DNA of 45,031 bases, from IMG/VR virus record IMGVR_UViG_3300033412_000029, positions 1 through 45,031 of that record, one strand, 5' to 3'. The notes beneath the pieces were generated by a model. The model was not told where the DNA came from. It did no database searches and saw nothing but the letters and a program-made list of their open reading frames with translations. Source of the DNA: a virus. Taxonomy: Duplodnaviria; Caudoviricetes. This document shows positions 20,038 through 28,961 of the stretch, piece after piece. Both the position numbers and the translations under genes were made by a program. Position 1 is the first letter of the stretch, and each line of letters starts with the position of its first letter.

Positions 20038-21027
20038 GTGATCGCCACCCTCACCGACAAGATTCGCTTCATTGAAAGCGTCTTCGGATCGGGGAAGCTG
20101 GCGCGAAATAGCAAGAACTTCGACGTCAGGTGTCCCATCTGTGCGCCCAAGGACCCGACGAAGAAGAAGCTCGCCATCCTGTTGGAAGACGATCGGTGTC
20201 ACTGTTGGACGTGCGGCTACAAGTCGGCATCGCTAGCGCCGTTGATCCGGAAGTACGCAGGCCTGGAGAAGCTGGCGGAGTACCGCGACAAGTTCATGAG
20301 CGAGGCGCAGAAGGCTTGGAAAAGCCGCTGCCTCGTCATCGACGCCGACGAACTACAGCAGCTCACGCTTCCCAAAGACTTTCGATTGTTGGCCGTTGCC
20401 AGTGGTTCCGACCCAGACGTCAGGGCGATGAAGCGCTACCTGACCGAGCGAGGCGTGTCTGAACGTGACTTGTGGTACTTCAAGTTGGGCTACTCCAGTG
20501 AATTCAGGTGGCAACGTCGCATCATCGTGCCATCGTTTGACGCTCAAGGCAAACTGAACTACTACGTGGGTCGGACCATCGACAAGAACCGAAAGCCGAA
20601 GTACGACAATCCGGACGTTGACAAGTTGCCCGTCATCTTTAACGAGCTCAACGTAGACTGGACCCAACGCCTGGTCTTGTGTGAAGGCGCGTTCGACATG
20701 TTCAAGTGTGGGGACAACGCGGTACCGCTGTTGGGCTCGGACCTCAACGAGGAGTCAGCGCTGTTCAATTCCATCCTGGTACACTCGACGCCGATTGCCA
20801 TGGCGCTCGACGCTGACATGTGGATGACCAAGACTCCGAAGATCGCCAAGAAGCTGGCAGAGTATGACATCGACGTCCGGCTGGTGGACACTCGCCCCTT
20901 CAGCGACCCAGGCCAGGCAACGAAGGTTCAGTTCAAAGAGGCCCTAGAAGCCGCCAGAGAGTTCACGTGGAGAGATGCTCTGTTCACCAAGTTGGACGGT
21001 GTCTCTCGGATGTCTCTGAGGTTCTGA
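20038..21027 (+). CDS. DNA primase (Zn finger + Toprim; T4 gp61-like)
   Basis: CPIC...HCWTC Zn-binding domain, RIIVP, YVGR, KYDN, and LCEGAFD / ALDAD Toprim motifs. Confidence 0.85.
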   Translation: MIATLTDKIRFIESVFGSGKLARNSKNFDVRCPICAPKDPTKKKLAILLEDDRCHCWTCGYKSASLAPLIRKYAGLEKLAEYRDKFMSEAQKAWKSRCLVIDADELQQLTLPKDFRLLAVASGSDPDVRAMKRYLTERGVSERDLWYFKLGYSSEFRWQRRIIVPSFDAQGKLNYYVGRTIDKNRKPKYDNPDVDKLPVIFNELNVDWTQRLVLCEGAFDMFKCGDNAVPLLGSDLNEESALFNSILVHSTPIAMALDADMWMTKTPKIAKKLAEYDIDVRLVDTRPFSDPGQATKVQFKEALEAAREFTWRDALFTKLDGVSRMSLRF

Positions 21028-21030
21028 GCG

Positions 21031-21037
21031 ATACTTA
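21031..21037 (+). promoter_or_regulatory. ATACTTA element, putative late promoter
   Basis: The exact heptamer recurs just upstream of starts at 21031, 28254, 34821, 38841 and 41731. Confidence 0.55.
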
Positions 21038-21043
21038 TCTGCC

Positions 21044-22036
21044 ATGAAGAAGCGCCCGACTATCTCCGAGGCTCGTGTTCGGCAGATCATCTATGAAGAG
21101 CTTGTCAGGCACTACCTGATCCAGGAAGGCCTCTGGGACGACGTCAAGAGCGGCGTCAAGCGACTGTCCTCCTACGTCAGCAAGCAGTTCAAGTCGGTCG
21201 CGGCAGCCTGGGCCAAGCTGATCACTGATCGGGTGGGCAAGCTGCAGGAGATTCCTGAAGACGCGAAGAAGATCTTTGGAGTCTTGAAGCAAGCGATGCA
21301 GCAGACGGGCGAGACCTTCCAGATGGATGAGACGCTGAAGGCCGCCAAAGAACTGGGCAAGCTGGGCTCTGAGGGCGCGCTTGCAGCGGTGGAGGCAGAC
21401 CTCGAGGGTCCTGTCAAGGAGAAGGCTCGAGCAGCTACGGTCAAGGGCGAAGGAGTCTACTTGCCGTCTGTCTACGCAGTCTTGGCCGAAAAGAAGTACG
21501 TTTCAGGCGCTCCGTCGGAGCAGCTGAACGAGGACTTCGGCGTCACTGCCGCTTTGGGCATTGGCCTGGCGGTGATGGGTGGCCTGCCGATGCTGTTCAA
21601 GGGCCTGCACAAGTTGGCCGGTGTCCTCGGCGCCGAGAAGGCTGCTGAGATGTTTGAGAAGGCGGAACACGTCACTCACCACTTTGAACAGAAGACGATT
21701 GATTTCGTCATGCCCGACAAGTTGGCACACGCGGTCTACATGGGCCTGTGGAAGATGGGCATCAAGTTGACCAAGGGCGATGAGCCGTACAACGAGATCG
21801 AAATCAAGGCTGAAAAGGACGGCGTTGACGCGCTGAAGAAGGCGAAGGGCCTCGTCTACAAGGTCCTCCTGATCTACTTTGCTTTCAATGGCATCTCTGG
21901 TGTTCTGAAGGCGGGTGCATCTCTTCTGGGCTTCGTCGAAGGCGCAGCAACCAGCGTCAAGGGCGTTGAGCTGGCCAAGGGTGCCGTGGAACTGTCGAAG
22001 TTGGTGCGAGCCGGCACGGGCGGCATGGCAGTCTAG
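21044..22036 (+). CDS. Hypothetical protein with hydrophobic helices; putative internal head/ejection protein
   Basis: 330 aa with an N-terminal ISEARVRQIIYEEL leader and two Gly/Ala-rich hydrophobic stretches. Confidence 0.5.
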   Translation: MKKRPTISEARVRQIIYEELVRHYLIQEGLWDDVKSGVKRLSSYVSKQFKSVAAAWAKLITDRVGKLQEIPEDAKKIFGVLKQAMQQTGETFQMDETLKAAKELGKLGSEGALAAVEADLEGPVKEKARAATVKGEGVYLPSVYAVLAEKKYVSGAPSEQLNEDFGVTAALGIGLAVMGGLPMLFKGLHKLAGVLGAEKAAEMFEKAEHVTHHFEQKTIDFVMPDKLAHAVYMGLWKMGIKLTKGDEPYNEIEIKAEKDGVDALKKAKGLVYKVLLIYFAFNGISGVLKAGASLLGFVEGAATSVKGVELAKGAVELSKLVRAGTGGMAV

Positions 22037-22038
22037 TT

Positions 22039-22068
22039 TTGAACAGCCCCTTCGCTGTGCAGTACACT
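22039..22068 (+). promoter_or_regulatory. Candidate sigma70-type promoter for sbcD/sbcC
   Basis: TTGAAC-18-TACACT upstream of ATG 22083. Confidence 0.4.
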
Positions 22069-22082
22069 CTGATCTGTACTGC

Positions 22083-22739
22083 ATGCTTAGGATTGCCCAC
22101 ATTGCGGACATTCACTGGCGTGGGCTGTCCCGCCACGAGGAGTACCGACAGGTCTTTGAGGAATTCGCCAAACAGGTGAAGGCCCGAGGTGCTGATCACA
22201 TCTTCGTCGGCGGCGACATCTTCCACACCAAGACAACAGGCCTCTCACCTGAGTACATCGAGCAGATGAGTTGGTGGTTGGAGACGCTTGCGTCAGCGGC
22301 TGAAGTGCACCTGACGTTGGGCAACCACGACGGCAACCTCGTCAACCTGACGCGCCAAGATGCAGTGACACCCATCGTCAAGGCGCTGCAGAATCCGAAG
22401 ATTCACCTCTACAAGCGCAGCGGTACGTATCCCTTCGCACCGGGCTACAACTGGTGCATCTTCAGCCTCTTCGATGAGGAGGGATGGAAGAACGTGCACC
22501 CCGTCAAGGGTGAGGTCAACATCGCCTGTTACCACGGTCCCGTCTGGGGTGCAAAGACAGAGTCGGACTGGCTGATTGAGGACGGCATCACCGTTGACTT
22601 CTTCAAGGACTATGACTTCTGTCTGCTGGGCGACATCCACCGCGCCCAGTTTCTGGGCTATCGAGATGTTGAACTCATCATCGATGAAGAGGAGCTTTCA
22701 AAGCACCCCAACGCAGAGGTGCTTGAAGTGTTGACGTAG
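22083..22739 (+). CDS. sbcD: Mre11/SbcD-like metallophosphoesterase nuclease, N-terminal part
   Basis: ADIH, GGDIFH, GNHD, YHG and LGDIH motifs. ATG 22083 (MLRIAHIADIH) is the natural start. The YPGS motif is absent and is found in the next ORF. Confidence 0.85.
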   Translation: MLRIAHIADIHWRGLSRHEEYRQVFEEFAKQVKARGADHIFVGGDIFHTKTTGLSPEYIEQMSWWLETLASAAEVHLTLGNHDGNLVNLTRQDAVTPIVKALQNPKIHLYKRSGTYPFAPGYNWCIFSLFDEEGWKNVHPVKGEVNIACYHGPVWGAKTESDWLIEDGITVDFFKDYDFCLLGDIHRAQFLGYRDVELIIDEEELSKHPNAEVLEVLT

Positions 22740-22740
22740 T

Positions 22741-25350
22741 ATGGCGAAGCTCCGAATCAAAACCAAGAAGCCGTGGATCGGCTATCCGGGCTCGACGCTG
22801 CAGCAAAACTATGCTGAGGAGTTGACGCATGGGTACCTGTACTGGGAGATTCAGGACCGCGACAACTTCGACGTCAAGTTCTGTGAGCTGCCCAATCCGA
22901 AGCCTTACGTCACCATCGACTGGACGGGCGATGTCGCAGGCACAGTTGCCTCAGCGCGAGCCTACCCATTGGGCACCCGCTTCCGTGTCTACAATCACGA
23001 TCTGTTGCCTCAGAAGGATGCGCTGGCCCTCGCTTCCAGCCTGCGTCAGGAGCTGCTGGCGACTGAGGTCACCTTCAAGACTGACGACCAGGTAGCTCGC
23101 AACGTCATCAACACAGGTGGCGTCTCCATCGTGAAGGAGGACCTTCGCAGCGTCGATGCGTTGGTTCGGCTGCTCCGTGAGTTTTACGGTGAAGGCTCGA
23201 ACCTCGAGGAGGAAGACTGGACCGTCATTCACGACCTGGTCAAAGGCTACCTTGCTGTTGCCGCGGGGAGCGAAGAGATCGTTCGAAACACCAAGTGGTC
23301 GCTGCGGCACCTGCAATTTGACAACATGTTCGCCTATGGCGAAGGCAACGTCATCAACTTTGACGCCATGAACGGCGTCTTGGGCATCTTCGGTCCCAAC
23401 CGTGCCGGCAAGTCATCGATCCCCGGCACCATCATGTACTCGCTGTTCAACAGCACTGACCGCGGCTCAATCAAGAACCTCCACGTCATCAACGCCAGGA
23501 AGCCGTACGGCTACTCGAAGGCCATCATCAACGTTGACGGCATCGACTACGTCATCGAGCGGCAGACCGTCAAGAACGAGAACAAGAAGGGCCACGTCAA
23601 CGCCAGCACCCACCTCAATGTCTTCAAGATCAACGAGTCGGGTGAGGCTGAGGACCTGGCAGGTGAGGACCGCAAGGACACTGAAAAGGTCGTCCGCAAG
23701 CTGATCGGCAATCCGGAAGACTTCCTGTTGACGTCGTTGTCAGCTCAGGATGAGGTGAAGATGTTCATCTCGCAGGGTTCAACCAAGCGCCGGCAGGTGG
23801 TGTCACGGTTCCTCGATCTCGACATCTGTGACCGCATCTATTCGCTGGCCAACAACGATGTCAATGCGACCAAGGTGTTGCTCCGGGCCTTGCCCGATCG
23901 TGATTGGAAGAAGCTCGACGAGCAGTGCACCGCCCGGCTCGCTGAGTGCGATCGCTTGATTGAGGAAAAGGACGAACAGCTCGTCGACTTTCAGGACAAG
24001 TTGGAGCAGCTTCGCCGCCGCCTCGCAGGTCACCAGGACTTCACCCCGGTGACCAAGGCGCAGGTCGATGGTCAGCGGTCGCGTGTGGCCTCACTGACTC
24101 GTCAGGTCGATGACCTGCGGGGACAGATCGATCAAGGTAAGGAAGAGATCACCAAGAACGAGGAGAAGTCGCGAACCATCGCTGATCTCCTGAAGGAGAA
24201 CAACCTCGTCGACTTGAAGCGACGCTTGGATGCCTTCAAGACGCTAGAGTCGTCAGTCGTTGCCTTGCGTCACGCTCACGAAAAAGAAGCGACAACGCTG
24301 AAGCAACAGGAGCGCTCGCTCAAGATTCTGGATGAGGTGCCGTGTGGCGACTCGTTCCCGACCTGCAAGTTCATCAAGGATGCCCACATCAACAAGGGCA
24401 AGTTGGATGGTCAACGTGACCGAGTGACGAAGGCGCTGGCCTCGCTGCAGAAGGCCGAGGACGCGCTTACCGTTCTGAAGACCGAGAACTTGGCTGACCG
24501 AGTCAACAAGATCGAGCGTTTGCAAGACCTGGCGTCGAAGTTGTCGGTCGCCACGTCGACCAAGCATGTCGAACTCGTCAAGTTGGAGTCAAACCTCGAG
24601 TCCCTAGTCTCCAGCCTGGAGCCGGCGAGGAGCCGTCTTCTGGAGCTCGAGGAGGCCCTCAAGAATGAGGAAAACGCGGAAGTGGTTGCCCTACGGTCTG
24701 AGATCGATGAGGCACAGGCCGCGACTCGTCGCCTCGACAAGGAGAAGATGGAGCTGGCCACGGACCGCGGTCGTGTGCGGACCATCATGGACAAGCACCA
24801 CGGTGAGCTGACGCAGCGCGAAGAAGTGTTGCAGAAGATGAAGACGTATGAGTTGGTTGCCAATGCCTTCCACCGGAAGGGCATTCCCAGCGTCATCGTG
24901 TCATCGCAGCTACCGACCATCAATGCTGAGGTCGCCAAGATCCTGCACGGCATCGTTGACTTCACCGTCGAGCTCGAACCGGACGACGACAGCGACTCGA
25001 TGGAGGTCTACATCAACTACGGTGACAGCCGTCGCATCATCGAGCTCGGTTCAGGCATGGAGAAGATGATCTCGTCCATTGCCATTCGAGTGGCCCTCAT
25101 CAACGTGTCAACGCTGCCCAAGACCGACCTATTCATCATCGATGAAGGCTTCGGTGCGTTGGATGATGCGGGCGTTGAGGCGTGCAACCGGCTCTTGTCC
25201 TCGCTGAAGCGTTACTTCCGCACCATCATCGTCATCACCCACGTCGACGGCGTCAAAGACGCAGCTGATCAAGTCCTCGAGATCACCAAGCACGAGAAGG
25301 ACGCTCGAGTGGTGTACAACTCTGGTGATGGAACCGATCGAGGAAGGTAA
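22741..25350 (+). CDS. sbcC: Rad50/SbcC-like ABC ATPase fused to the C-terminal part of Mre11/SbcD
   Basis: N-terminal YPGSTLQQNYAE..GY (SbcD C-terminal part), Walker A GPNRAGKS, coiled coil with central PCGDSFPTC hook, signature GSGMEK, Walker B FIIDEGFG and H-loop ITH. Confidence 0.9.
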   Translation: MAKLRIKTKKPWIGYPGSTLQQNYAEELTHGYLYWEIQDRDNFDVKFCELPNPKPYVTIDWTGDVAGTVASARAYPLGTRFRVYNHDLLPQKDALALASSLRQELLATEVTFKTDDQVARNVINTGGVSIVKEDLRSVDALVRLLREFYGEGSNLEEEDWTVIHDLVKGYLAVAAGSEEIVRNTKWSLRHLQFDNMFAYGEGNVINFDAMNGVLGIFGPNRAGKSSIPGTIMYSLFNSTDRGSIKNLHVINARKPYGYSKAIINVDGIDYVIERQTVKNENKKGHVNASTHLNVFKINESGEAEDLAGEDRKDTEKVVRKLIGNPEDFLLTSLSAQDEVKMFISQGSTKRRQVVSRFLDLDICDRIYSLANNDVNATKVLLRALPDRDWKKLDEQCTARLAECDRLIEEKDEQLVDFQDKLEQLRRRLAGHQDFTPVTKAQVDGQRSRVASLTRQVDDLRGQIDQGKEEITKNEEKSRTIADLLKENNLVDLKRRLDAFKTLESSVVALRHAHEKEATTLKQQERSLKILDEVPCGDSFPTCKFIKDAHINKGKLDGQRDRVTKALASLQKAEDALTVLKTENLADRVNKIERLQDLASKLSVATSTKHVELVKLESNLESLVSSLEPARSRLLELEEALKNEENAEVVALRSEIDEAQAATRRLDKEKMELATDRGRVRTIMDKHHGELTQREEVLQKMKTYELVANAFHRKGIPSVIVSSQLPTINAEVAKILHGIVDFTVELEPDDDSDSMEVYINYGDSRRIIELGSGMEKMISSIAIRVALINVSTLPKTDLFIIDEGFGALDDAGVEACNRLLSSLKRYFRTIIVITHVDGVKDAADQVLEITKHEKDARVVYNSGDGTDRGR

Positions 25351-25696
25351 ACCCCCGGCACAGTACGTCCTGGTCCGCAAGGACCTGCCCGTGTTCGTGC
25401 AGATGGTCAACGTCGGCCACGCTTGTGGTGAAGCTGTTCGGACAGCACCTATCAGCAAGCGAACGGTCATCCGACTGCTTCACGTCGAAAATGAGGCTGA
25501 ACTGCTTGCCTACCGCGACAAGCTGGTCGCCAAGGGGTTCCACGTAGCGCTGGTCAACGAGCCCGATGCTCCGTACAATGGGCAAGCCATGTCGTTGGCG
25601 ACCGAACCGCTGACAGAACGCACTAGCGCCGTCAGCAAGATCGTGTACCACCTGAAGACCGCGAGGGGAAATGAAGAAGCCGCTGACGATCGCTGA
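25325..25696 (+). CDS. Peptidyl-tRNA hydrolase PTH2-like protein
   Basis: QYVLVRKDL...VGHA...L.V.NEAEL...KL..G..V.EPD...LA.EP follows the PTH2 family pattern. Confidence 0.7.
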   Translation: MMEPIEEGKPPAQYVLVRKDLPVFVQMVNVGHACGEAVRTAPISKRTVIRLLHVENEAELLAYRDKLVAKGFHVALVNEPDAPYNGQAMSLATEPLTERTSAVSKIVYHLKTARGNEEAADDR

Positions 25697-25910
25697 CAGG
25701 GTGGACCTGCTCCTGGAACACGGCGTGGACAATCCGAAGAAGTGGATGGCGGTCCACGGTTACACCGAACCCGACAACTACGACAAGTTCGATCAGGACG
25801 GTCACTTCAACGAGGTGTGCTTCAACGTTTTGCGTGAGCATCACCTGGAAGAAACGAAGTTCCTGTTTGATGTCATCAAAGAACTTGTGTCGAGGGTGCA
25901 GCGTGGCTGA
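25671..25910 (+). CDS. Hypothetical protein
   Basis: 79-aa ORF with GAGGGG 5' of the ATG and genome-typical codon usage. Confidence 0.55.
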   Translation: MKKPLTIADRVDLLLEHGVDNPKKWMAVHGYTEPDNYDKFDQDGHFNEVCFNVLREHHLEETKFLFDVIKELVSRVQRG

Positions 25911-26205
25911 GTGGAAACCATACCTCCGCGAGCGGCTGCTCAGGCAAGAGCAAGGATTCGTTGCTATCGTGCCCGAGGGGGCACCACCGCCCGTGCCGCT
26001 GTGCTGTCCAGTCTGCGACTTTGCCATGCGCACTCGTGAGGATGAAGCTGCGTACCAAGAGTGCGAGTGTTGCAACCGCTGTGCGTTGCTGTGGGCACAT
26101 CCGAGGCGTGCTGCATGGAAAGAAGGCTGGAGACCTACGCCAGAACAGATCCAGGCCGCGGAGCGTGACAGGATGCCACTGGCTCTCACGTTTGAAGTAG
26201 ACTAG
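25903..26205 (+). CDS. Small Cys-rich (Zn-finger-like) protein
   Basis: CPVC...CCNRC motifs; GTG start at 25903 after GAGGG. Confidence 0.55.
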   Translation: MAEWKPYLRERLLRQEQGFVAIVPEGAPPPVPLCCPVCDFAMRTREDEAAYQECECCNRCALLWAHPRRAAWKEGWRPTPEQIQAAERDRMPLALTFEVD

Positions 26206-26247
26206 TCTCACCGGGGAGCCATAATTACGTTGGGGAGTTCCGACGTT

Positions 26248-26637
26248 ATGGCAGACTCAAAGATCGATTTCAACGCCCTTGGACAGGCAATCGACACGAC
26301 CTGGGGTCGTTCGTCGACCCCCAAGACGGCTTCATACTCGGTGAAGATCACGATGCAGGGCGTCGACAGGATCCTGGTGTCCTACGCGGCCGTCGTCAAT
26401 TTCGGCACCGAGCGCCAGATGATCGAAATGAAGCGCGCCTACGAGAGCGAGGCGGGTTCGGTCGTTGGCGAGGTGATGAAGAAGGTCAAGGCCAACTACA
26501 AGGACCTGACCGGTTCGGCTCTGTCAGTGAAGGAAGCGGGCGAGCCCTCCGACTCACTAGAGATCATCAACCTCAACGTTCACAATGCTCGACGGACTGC
26601 GTACTACAGGCGTAAGGCCGTCTTCGAGATCGGCTGA
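26248..26637 (+). CDS. Hypothetical protein immediately upstream of terminase
   Basis: ATG 26248 after GGGGAG; TGATG-coupled to terL. Confidence 0.6.
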   Translation: MADSKIDFNALGQAIDTTWGRSSTPKTASYSVKITMQGVDRILVSYAAVVNFGTERQMIEMKRAYESEAGSVVGEVMKKVKANYKDLTGSALSVKEAGEPSDSLEIINLNVHNARRTAYYRRKAVFEIG

Positions 26638-28250
26638 TGCCAGCAGCCCTCAGTCGCGAGGAACAGGTCCGCGAGATCGTGAAGTGCGGGAAAGATCCCG
26701 TCTACTTCATGAAGAGCTACGCGAAGATCCAGACCGTTGACCGGGGCACGATTCCGTTTGACACGTTCCAGTTTCAGGATGAGTGCGTCAAGGCCTTCCT
26801 AGAACACCGCCTCAACATCGTCCTGAAGTCGAGGCAGTTGGGCCTGTCGACCGTCTGTGCCGCCTATGCGGTGTGGATGGCGATTTTCCAGAAGGACAAG
26901 AACATCCTCGTCATCGCAACCAAGCTGGCGACGGCTCAGAACTTCATCAAGAAGTGCCTCGTCATCTTGCAGAGCCTGCCCAAGTGGTTGCTCCTCCCCA
27001 AGTTCGAGCCGTCGAAGCAGCAGATCAGCTTCAACAACGGCAGCACCATCAAGGCAGTTCCTACGTCGGATGACGCCGGTCGTTCAGAGGCTCTGTCTCT
27101 CCTGATCGTCGACGAGGCCGCCTTCATTCGAGACTTTGACGAGATCTGGACCGGTCTGTCACCCACCATCTCAACGGGTGGTCGCGCCATCATCTTGTCG
27201 ACGCCCAATGGCGTCGGCGGTCAGTACTACAGGCTGTGGACGGAAGCTGAGGCGGGTGTAAACGGCTTCAACCCGATCCGCATCATGTGGTACCAGCACC
27301 CAGACCATGATGAGGAGTGGTTCGACAAGGAGACGAAGAACCTGCCCAAGAGAAAGATTGCGCAGGAGTACCTGTGCGACTTCATCTCATCAGGCGATAC
27401 GTTCCTCCAGGCCAACGACCTCGAGGACATGCGGGTCCAGATCATGCCTCCCGTCGAGAAGGCGGGTGCGAAGCACGACATTTGGATTTGGTCGTATCCG
27501 ATCCCTGGCCGGACGTATGTCATTTCTGCTGACGTGGCCCGTGGCGACGCTCGTGACTTCTCTGCCTTCCACATCATCGACACCGAAGACAAGGAAGTGG
27601 TCGTCGAGTACATGGGCAAGACTCCCCCGGAGAACCTCGCCGAGTTGATGGAAGAGTGGGGTAAGAAGTACAACAATGCCCTAGCGGTGCCAGAGAACAA
27701 CACCTTCGGTTACTTCACCAACGTCGAGCTCCGGAAGAGGGGCTACCCGAAGCTGTACTACCACGGTCACTCTGATCCGTTCAACTACATCCCGTTGGAC
27801 CCGCAGAACGAGCTGCCGGGCTTTCCAACCAACCAAAAGACCCGGACGCAGATCCTCGCCAAGCTCGAGGAGATGCTACGGACGAAGCAGCTGAAGACCT
27901 ACTCGCAGCGCCTGTATGATCAGATGCAAGCATTCATCTGGAACGGCAACAAGCCTCAAGCACAGAAGGACGCCTTTGACGACCTCATCTTGAGCTTGGC
28001 CATCGGCACCTGGCTGGTGGAAGGCGGCAACGGCATCTCACAGCAGAACGCCGCATTGGCAATGGCCATGCTATCGTCGACTGGGGTGCAGCGCCGAGAC
28101 TCCAATCAGATGCCGGGTGGCGTCAACTCAGTGCAGCCGCTGGTCAACCCCCACATCCGTGGTTTCAACCCCCACAACGTTCACAAACCTCGCGACCCCG
28201 CGCAGGTCCGCCACGCTGACGTCAGTGACTTCAGCTGGCTCTACAAGTGA
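26637..28250 (+). CDS. terL: Terminase large subunit (T4 gp17-like)
   Basis: KSRQLGLST Walker A, LLIVDEAAF Walker B, STPNG coupling motif, and nuclease domain SADVARG...DFSA...ENN...DDLILSL. Confidence 0.95.
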   Translation: MPAALSREEQVREIVKCGKDPVYFMKSYAKIQTVDRGTIPFDTFQFQDECVKAFLEHRLNIVLKSRQLGLSTVCAAYAVWMAIFQKDKNILVIATKLATAQNFIKKCLVILQSLPKWLLLPKFEPSKQQISFNNGSTIKAVPTSDDAGRSEALSLLIVDEAAFIRDFDEIWTGLSPTISTGGRAIILSTPNGVGGQYYRLWTEAEAGVNGFNPIRIMWYQHPDHDEEWFDKETKNLPKRKIAQEYLCDFISSGDTFLQANDLEDMRVQIMPPVEKAGAKHDIWIWSYPIPGRTYVISADVARGDARDFSAFHIIDTEDKEVVVEYMGKTPPENLAELMEEWGKKYNNALAVPENNTFGYFTNVELRKRGYPKLYYHGHSDPFNYIPLDPQNELPGFPTNQKTRTQILAKLEEMLRTKQLKTYSQRLYDQMQAFIWNGNKPQAQKDAFDDLILSLAIGTWLVEGGNGISQQNAALAMAMLSSTGVQRRDSNQMPGGVNSVQPLVNPHIRGFNPHNVHKPRDPAQVRHADVSDFSWLYK

Positions 28251-28253
28251 AAG

Positions 28254-28260
28254 ATACTTA
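28254..28260 (+). promoter_or_regulatory. ATACTTA element, putative late promoter
   Basis: Intergenic, between the terL stop and ATG 28279. Confidence 0.55.
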
Positions 28261-28278
28261 CCAGCTACCAGAGGGCCG

Positions 28279-28890
28279 ATGACGACGAAAGCTCCCAAGA
28301 TCAGCATCAATGACCTGCGACGGATCGTCCGCGAGGAGTTGAGTCCCGTCAATGAGCAGATCGACCACAAGGCAATGAGTGCTGTCAGCACGGCCGCTTC
28401 GAAGTTCTTGGAGGCCCTCGAGACCTTCAAGGAGAAGGCGCCGCCGGCAGCAATGAACGCAGTGACTCCTCATGTCTCGGCGCTTGAGAAGGCGTTGGAG
28501 GACATGGTCAACACGCCGGGTTCCTATGTTTCGAAGCCGAAGCAAGAACCTAAGAAGGTGTCGCTGAAGCCTGCCAAGCAGGTCGAGTCAAAAAAAAAGT
28601 CACTGAAGACTGAGGCAACTGGCGAGGTTGAAGAGGTGGTCGACGCCTCCAACTTCGAGCACCTCGAGGTCGGTAACACGTACCTCGTCACGGTCGGTAA
28701 CGATCGCGTCGAGTGCACGTTTGTGGGTTGGGTCGACAAGTCAGGAGCTCCCACCGAGAGCGAAGACCCGGAACAAGTTGACCTGAGGTTCGCTGATGTC
28801 AGCGATGGAATGGAGTGGGAGGCCTATTTCTTTGATGGCACCTACTGCGGCGGCTCAAGCGCGGACCCCTTGTACGTCAAGGAGATGTGA
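28279..28890 (+). CDS. Hypothetical protein; putative internal head protein
   Basis: ATG 28279 after GAGGG; ISINDLRRIVREEL leader; internal A9 slippery run. Confidence 0.6.
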   Translation: MTTKAPKISINDLRRIVREELSPVNEQIDHKAMSAVSTAASKFLEALETFKEKAPPAAMNAVTPHVSALEKALEDMVNTPGSYVSKPKQEPKKVSLKPAKQVESKKKSLKTEATGEVEEVVDASNFEHLEVGNTYLVTVGNDRVECTFVGWVDKSGAPTESEDPEQVDLRFADVSDGMEWEAYFFDGTYCGGSSADPLYVKEM

Positions 28891-28961
28891 GCTACGAGGT
28901 TTATCAGAACGCATCGTAGTAAACAATCGCTAGAGCCTCGACGGAATGGAGAGGCAAGCAC

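Noticed and set aside
22700-22790. Split intein or stop-codon reassignment at the sbcD/sbcC junction
   Set aside because: No intein terminal motifs. TAG readthrough stays out of frame with sbcC, and TAG/TGA/TAA all end genes normally elsewhere, so the standard code fits.
26248-26637. Small terminase subunit assignment
   Set aside because: The position fits, but no TerS motif is recognisable; left as hypothetical.
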